64,000 nt of DNA from Balanoglossus misakiensis (lineage: Eukaryota > Animalia > Hemichordata). Below, one piece after another: positions 56,747 through 64,000 of this stretch. The stretch is taken from contig CM082576.2 in assembly GCA_040954595.2 (NCBI GenBank), positions 7,753,129 to 7,817,128 of the forward strand, read 5' to 3'. The translations under genes were made by a program, and so were the position numbers. The first letter of the stretch is position 1. Each line of letters opens with the position of its first letter. Below the pieces are notes generated by a model that was not told where the DNA came from, did not search any database, and saw only the letters and a program-made list of their open reading frames with translations.

Positions 56747-57076
56747 CATTGGACGATAAACAAGCATCCTTAATAAACCGACAAAACGCTGCCACTTTTT
56801 GTCATGATTTTACTTTCAAACTCATGTTGGTCCATTTGAAAAGCTAAATGTTTTGGTATGGATACTGCCGCCATGCAAGACATGACCAAGTACTTTCGTT
56901 TCTATATTACAGTGTCGTTTTGGCATAATTTCCCAGGGTCTCTACTCCCGAGTTTAAGGATGAACGATTCGTTAAATCGCCGTTTCCTATCATCGACTTG
57001 CAATTTAATGGGAGTTTACCGGCAAAAATGCAAAACGTTGAATGCCAAATTTGTTCCTCAGAGTGTTTTATTTAAA

Positions 57077-57387
57077 CAATAAAACACCCCCAGCCATGGT
57101 ATATCACGAGATTTTGACCAGTTCACGACATATACGCACGAGCGATAGCGAGTGCGTATATGGAGTTGAACTGGTCAAAATCGAGTGGTATACCATGGCT
57201 GGGGGTGTTTTATTGCTATTATATTATGCCAGTATATTGAAACTTTGCATAAAACATTTTAAAAAGGCATTTTCTTTAACTATGATATATGACTGTGGTA
57301 TATGGCTAATATATCACGGTCACGTGTCGTGTCTCGACCAATCAAATAGCGTGATTTACACCATCAATATACTGGTATAATATAATA
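57077..57387. mobile_element. Double-hairpin non-autonomous element between the 3' ends of bZIP-D and bZIP-E
   Basis: Near-perfect palindrome at 57077-57215 (CAATAAAACACCCCCAGCCATGGTATA...TATACCATGGCTGGGGGTGTTTTATTG), plus a second inverted pair at 57217-57240 / 57364-57387 (23 of 24 match). Confidence 0.75.
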
Positions 57388-57801
57388 TAAATTATGATGA
57401 AAAATATGTTACTTAAATACACAACAGTAGTATACACAGAAATGCAAGAACGGCATTACATTAACAACAAGCTTCGTTCAATACACTAATCGAAGAATGT
57501 GCGAATCATTTATAGAATTTATAAATCGGGAATAGATAGAAAACTCACCAGAGATAAAAGGATCATAGATAATAGCATATCTGTGCTAAATCTGCGCTGA
57601 GTGTGTGATGACAGATATCCTCAAGTTGTCATAGATACATTACACAAATGGCGCAGAAAAGCTAATGATTTACAATGTGTAAGGACTTTGTTTTCTTGTT
57701 TTACTTCAAAATAAATACTTGACAATTATTTACATAAGATCCCGATATGCTCGTGAATGACTTCATAAATCTTGATTGGTGTGTCATGTGACCTCGTGGC
57801 G

Positions 57802-57963
57802 TCATGAGGACCCCGGCAATTCAGGCCAGGTATCGATGGTGTCTTTGTGGGGACATTTTAGTTGGTGGATGCTGAGCGTCAGAGAGAGCTGGTTTTTCTC
57901 TCGTTTCAGCTGTCGTATTTCGTCCCTGAGTTTGAAGTAATGTTCTTCTAGCTCTGCTGCCTC
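57802..57963 (-). CDS. bZIP-E (BATF-like), zipper exon
   Basis: Poly-C tract plus CAACAG acceptor; EAAELEEHYFKLRDEIRQLKREKNQLSLTLSIHQLKCPHKDTIDTWPELPGSS-stop. Confidence 0.9.
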   Translation of the reverse strand, partial: EAAELEEHYFKLRDEIRQLKREKNQLSLTLSIHQLKCPHKDTIDTWPELPGSS

Positions 57964-58696
57964 CTGTTGAGGGGAAGGGGGGGGGGGGGGGAGAGAACGG
58001 GTCAAAATAAAATATCGGTGAATCACTTTGTAAAAAAAAAGCGGTTGACAGTTCATGAGGTCACCCTGCGTCACTGCCGCGTTCGATCTCGCAAAACTGA
58101 TGTTGTACGCACCAGGCAAAAGCGATCATACGAATTTGGGGCCAGCGATTATGCATCAAGGTGAAAAATGCACTATTCTCAATTTAAAACTATTTTGGAC
58201 GCCACACCTTGAAAAATACAGTCACAACACCATCTCGAGGACGGTGCACCAGACAGTGGTCAATGGCAAGATTTCTTTTCTTGGCATCTGAGAGATGTGA
58301 GGGTTAGTGTTAGAGTTGGTTTCATAAACCCCATTCTTTCGGTTTCGGTTACGGTACACGTGATGTTGTTTTTGAAAATCTCTTCCGGTCGTATCTTAAA
58401 GTGAAGTACGTTAATGTATACCGTAAACACAAGGAAGAAAGACAACAAAGCGAACCCATACAACTGGCTTTCTGTAGTTAATACACGCGCGAACTATGAC
58501 CTACTTCGATAACCTCTCCACCTTAAAATCACACTTTTTATAATCTAAAAAAGTCGACAATTTTATGACAATCGTTTATACTGGAAGTTGGAAAACCATG
58601 TTAAAGATCAGGTCATACAAGCAAATACTTCAAATAGTTGCATTTCACAGACTTGACCTAGTGTTGTGCAATGTATAACGTTACGCCAAAACTCGC

Positions 58697-58825
58697 CTTT
58701 GAGAGTTGTTCCACTCTATCTCTCTTTTTGCCTCGGCTTCTTGCTGCCGCCACTCGATTTTTCTCTCTCTGCTTCTGTTTGGTGTCCGTCGTGCATCGTC
58801 CGCCAGTCTTGTCTGATTCTATGAA
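58697..58825 (-). CDS. bZIP-E, basic-region exon (129 nt, GC donor)
   Basis: GATTTAG acceptor in phase 0; FIESDKTGGRCTTDTKQKQREKNRVAAARSRGKKRDRVEQLSK; donor AAG|GCGAGT at the same position as in the paralogs. Confidence 0.88.
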
Positions 58826-60008
58826 CTAAATCAAGCAAACAGCAAAATATGATATGACGTTATAATCTTCCAAAATGTCCGATGACTCCCCGACACATTT
58901 GAAATGTTTCATGCAGTTCTGTCATTTTCGTTACATTCCTTCATGTTCTAATGTTTATTAATAAACAGACAATCAATAAAAATATCGTTTCCGCGTGTGC
59001 CACGCCACGCGCCATTGATCGTTCTGTTTCTTCACTGTACAGGGTGCCGTGACGCAAATCGCCCTTCTTATACAACGCAGTTCGGCGAATGCTCAGTCAA
59101 GCGAAAGATAATTTTCTCTCATTCACATATTTTCAGATAAAATGACCGTTAATGCTCACTAGAATGCGTCTTTTAGGGACGCACTGCACACAGCTCTGAT
59201 ATCGGGTCATTTTTACAATCATTGGTGGATCAGCCACACTGAGAAACGACCTTGTAAACTGACCGACTGGCCTGTTAAATCACATTTGACCCCCCCCCCC
59301 CACCCCATCACGTCTGAAATGGCAAGGAATGCAGACTGATATAAATTATCGGGGCGCATTCGTATGATGAATAAAGCATAAATTACTGTAATAAAATTCT
59401 GCTGTAATATTTTACTGTGGCATCTTATGCACGTACGCATTACAAGTCCACCAAGGTGGTCCGATCTGACCCCGATTCCGATTCACAACAAACGAACGAC
59501 GCTGGCATTAGTTTCGATATCGGTTTCGCTGTTGACAATTCCAATGCGTGATACACTTTGATGTTTTTGCATGTGTTTTGCGACCGAAGCCAGAACACAG
59601 ATCAGAAACACACAGAATCAGCGTTGCGTCATTTTTGAGAAATCGCAATTCAGTGGAGGTCTATTGGTCTTGTTGTTTTTCTACCCCCCCCCCCCACCCT
59701 CTGAACAAAGTTAAGTCAGTCACAGTTAAGATTCGTAACCAGAATAAGCTTAAAGAGGAAGAGTCAAATTTTCACATAGTTCAGGTTATGATTCTTGTCA
59801 TTTGATAAATCCAAATGTCGTCAAAAATTAGCACATTTTATACTCAAGGTATCAATTACGACAGTTTTGTGTAACTCGCCTCGGCCACACAAAATAATAG
59901 CTCTGATCCCTCACAATGTTTCAGTATGAAGGTCTTTAGCGGCGACAATAGTCGAGTCGTGGAAGAGAAATGAAACGAGTAAACATTCTTCACGTTGCGT
60001 ATACTTAC

Positions 60009-60224
60009 TTGTTGGCTTCGTCTTTGTGGCCGATCATCCCGTGATGTCTGTGCGTCCTCGTCCCTCACGGACATCCAAGATGGCGACGGTGTCGCAGACG
60101 TCCCACGGACGCCTTCCGGAACTGAGACCGCCGATCCTCTTACGGTGTGACAACCTATCACATGTAGATCATGCGAGTCAACTTGAAGATGGCCGCCACA
60201 ATTCACGACCATCGCATCTGCCAT
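60009..60224 (-). CDS. bZIP-E, N-terminal exon
   Basis: CCGTTTAG acceptor 5 nt before the ATG; MADAMVVNCGG...DDRPQRRSQQ; CAA|GTAAGT donor in phase 0. Model total 168 aa. A donor at 62093-62094 may end a 5'UTR exon. Confidence 0.72.
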
Positions 60225-63200
60225 AACATCTAAACGGACAGGGAAATTTCTAAATAATGACAAACCAGAAAAAGAAAGTTTATGTAAATTAATTGGTTTC
60301 ATCAAAACTTATATAAGAATAACGATGGGGCCATTCACTTTTCTAAGACAAGTCAGTAAACCAGATAAAGTAATCCGCCATATTGTGATGTTCTTTAAAT
60401 TAGCTGTTCATGTTATCCGACCTAAGAAAACGTGCGAAAACACCATTAGCCTCCTGGCGAATCCAGCATCGAAGGAAACATATACGGCGTCATTCGAAAC
60501 CTCGTACCAGGACTTAATATAATTTAGCGTCCTGGATCATTTCCGTTCGCCGATTATAGCAGCAAGACAGAAAGTGCCAGGCGATTCTACGTAGTACATG
60601 ATTCAGTAATCAGAAAAAAAACATATAACACTCCCGAGCGACCAGAATACTACCAAAGTCTAACAGATGATGTTGTGCTTCCACAGCATGAGGATGATAT
60701 CGGCAGACATTTGGCAGCTGGCCATTACGCATGTTATTAGTTAAACTTCAAATCGGAAATCGATTCATAACACCAACAAGTTATATGTTTACGAACGCTC
60801 AATTTATACCAAGCACCACGGTCACGCCAGACTAGGTACAGGTGTACCCTGGACAGTCCAAACCACAAAGGACAAAATTTAATTTAAAAAAGAAAGAAAA
60901 GAGTTTAAGAAAAAACGCTCACAAACCAGATTATTCATCGCACTTTTCGTAGCGAGGAGCGCGCCTCTGTGAGGGCCAACCTATACGGCGACTGCCGGGG
61001 AGGGCCAGAGAGATACGTGGGAAATGTGACGACGGATTCGAGAAAGCCTGCAGGTAAAGAGCGAGGAAGCGACCGTGTTGTACAGAGACAAAGAAAAGGG
61101 TTGGGTCCGGAGCGTGAATCAGGGATAGGGTTAGTTCACTAGACTTACGTCAGTGACGGCACCAACATTACTAGTACAATGGTATGTATTGTGAGGCGTC
61201 AATCTGGCCTTGCAAGCCAGCACGCCTTTAATATTTTCAATAAAAATAATGGCTAGAATCATTATAGAAGTTTTTACACTATGCGTAGAACATCCCATAT
61301 AGAGACTGTCTTGTTTGGAGGGAGAAAATGTTGGCTTGAGAAATGTGATTTGTGTACAATTGAGTCAGTATAGTAAGGGGATCGTGACGAGTGATGTGCG
61401 TTCTAAGACACTTGCCAAGCAATGTATGTACTAGTATATGCGCCACTGAGCGGATGGAATTATATTAAGCGTTCGGTTATTTAAGTTATGGAGACAGCGA
61501 ACTATTTGAAAATATCAGCAAAACAATGTCGCAAATGAAAATAAAAAAAAAACTAAATAAGCAACACCCCGTATATTCCTTACCAAAACGACTCCTATCA
61601 GAACGACTTCTATGTCTTCTATGTCGGAAGTGCCATGAATATCGAACAGCCCGATCTTAAATATGCACATCTCGCGAGATTAGAGCGACACATTCGGAGA
61701 AATTGGCCTTGCCCGATTCGGACGAAATTTTGATAACTTCTAAAAATGGAAGCAGCCTAATCCACATATTCAAAATAGTTGTGGTTGACCCGCACCCATA
61801 CAAAACGAGCGACAGCACTCCGCGTTATCGTGTGGTACGGTGGTTGCCGTTATCGTGAAATGGCCCCTGCAGGGAGATGCCACGCTTCACAGACTTGAAC
61901 GCTTGCCTGGAAGTGGCGCTGGTTCTCTGGTTGTACAACGGTTACATGTGTGATATTTGGGGCAAGCATACCGCAGTCGAGGTAAAATCTAACACAAAGT
62001 CGACATCTTAACTGTTTTGGTTATGAAGGTCAAGCTTAAGAGATAAAATAACTATAATATACTCATCGCCAAATGCCTACCGTCAAAGCCTTACCTGTAC
62101 CTTCAAAAGTTTGTCTTCTTGACCGTCACTACTTGTAGACAATGCCAGTTATGGATAAGTTGACCCCATGTGTTCGAAGTCATTTTCAGTCAACCCCCTC
62201 CCCCAAACAAAGCGGGAAAACCCGACAGGTCAGGTTCGACTTACCCAATACACAAGGTTTGTCCAATACAGGATAACAAAGAAACCCCGGGGCTCTCTTA
62301 TAATAAATAGCACTGTGTCAAAATTTGCGAAAAGACTCGAGCCTATATAGAACAGGAAGAAATTAAACTGTCCAAAAGCTCCCCCTGGCCTCGAAAACAC
62401 CCGGATGAACACGTGACATTGACAGCCTGACGGTTGAAACTCATGATGCAGAAGCCTGACCATGGCCTCACAGTCACCTCACGGGGGAAATATTACTTCA
62501 ACAGGAAAGTCCGCGGACATAGTCCGAAAGAATGAAAACAATTACCTCCAAAATTTGCGACATTCTTCGTCCAGACATTTTTTGACCACAAAGGCACAGC
62601 GAAATGGTTAACTCTTCCCTACTACCACACCTAGAGATATAAATTGTGCATCGTAAGTTATAGGAACGGCTCCGAACCACGTTTTTCTTTCAGGTCACAT
62701 GCAACGACCTCCTCAAGGTAACTAATGCATGTATGTACACCAGTTATATTTTCAAATTGTGCCAGTCGAAAAACTAGTTATGTCCAGCTTCAATGTATTA
62801 GCCGCTTTTTATTAATAACAACTTCCGATATACTTCCTCGGAGAGAGTCTGGCCTTCCACAGGTGTTACTGTCGAATCGCCTGGTTGGGAGTTATAGATC
62901 AGAACGATAGAAACAATGTGGTAAGTGCAGCGTACTTCAAATGCGCATGTCAGACGTCAAATTCGAGCGACGAGTCTTTGACTGAAATCTGGTCGTGAAA
63001 AGCGATTTCATCACCATTTTTGTCGATTACTGGGGCGGTATGAAGAGTTGTGACAAAATAGGTTTTGCACTAAAAAGAAAATTGGCATCGCCGCGACAAA
63101 ATCATATCAGTGTTGGACTTGTTTTAACAGCACATGACTCATGCTGGACACGTAGAATCAGGGGCACGTGTCATTTATTTTTAAAAGGTCGGAGGGTCAC

Positions 63201-64000
63201 GGTCGCTGTTCGTTACCGTAAATTCAATAAATTTTTAATATGCTAGGTATGGCATTATGTAGATGATAAGGGTCCCATACGACGGCTGAGTCATATCTCT
63301 CCGAATTTCTGTATTTCTCTGGCGGAGTCTTGCCTGTGTGGGGTCAATTTGTGCAGTACGTGCCATAAGATTGGTATTCGAGCGAAAGGTCGAAGGACGG
63401 TTTAGCTTGTCCGACCTTGTCCCCCGAGCACGAAAGGCACGTGTCCATTGCTGGTGACACAGGCTTGTAATTTCCCCCTGAAAAACCGAGACAAATCAGT
63501 CTACAAACCGACATACAGACAATATAACATGAAAGGGGAGGGAGTGAACACCGATAAAAATGGAGGTCTTACAAAATACAATGGGAACTTTTAAAAAAGG
63601 TCACAAATAGAGTGACGTAGTGGGCGTGCTCACTATCAGCTGTTTCCACGTAACCCATTAGATTAGCCGTTCGTTGATTCTTTCTTTTAGCAGAAAGACA
63701 ATCGAAAATAACAACTGTAAAACGAGGTACGGCCTACAACAGATCAGCTATGTCACAGCATTGTTCGGTCGTTCGTTAATTGTTACTTTGATGTAATGAT
63801 ATAACGTCACATTGTGTTGTGAAGAGCTCACATTATTTTCTATGAATACGCCTGCGTAACATTGACTGGAAATGTAGAAACTTCAATTAACAGTCTCAGG
63901 GGTAAAAACTTGGATTTCGTTCTGTGCTGGGACTGAAATTATTTGAAGCAAGTCTGTCATCTGCCTCATTAGTTTAAAGGGGCAAGCACGGTGCTCAAGA

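Overview
Intron-rich animal genomic DNA (roughly 40% GC, microsatellites, MITE-like foldbacks; probably a marine invertebrate, which is inference). The ORF track is mostly noise, and the genes had to be assembled by hand from splice signals and reading phase. Left end: the ATG exon of HECTD1 (minus strand, gene runs off the window). Divergent from it is a 5-exon plus-strand gene for a ~237-aa coiled-coil + two-EF-hand protein ending in a CaaX box (CVLQ). The main result is a cluster of five AP-1-family bZIP genes of the Fos/ATF3/JDP2/BATF type between ~10 and ~60 kb, here called bZIP-A to bZIP-E. A, B, C and E are on the minus strand; D is an inverted plus-strand copy facing E. All have a separate basic-region exon (108 nt in A, B and C, as in FOS/ATF3) and a leucine-zipper exon ending in His. 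The paralogs differ at key positions: KCR versus RSR in the basic region, zipper Asn versus His/Tyr, and presence of the ATF3 'KEE' motif. The non-coding DNA carries many perfect CRE, AP-1 and kappaB sites, suggesting an inducible, cross-regulated immediate-early locus. All gene models are predictions without transcript support.
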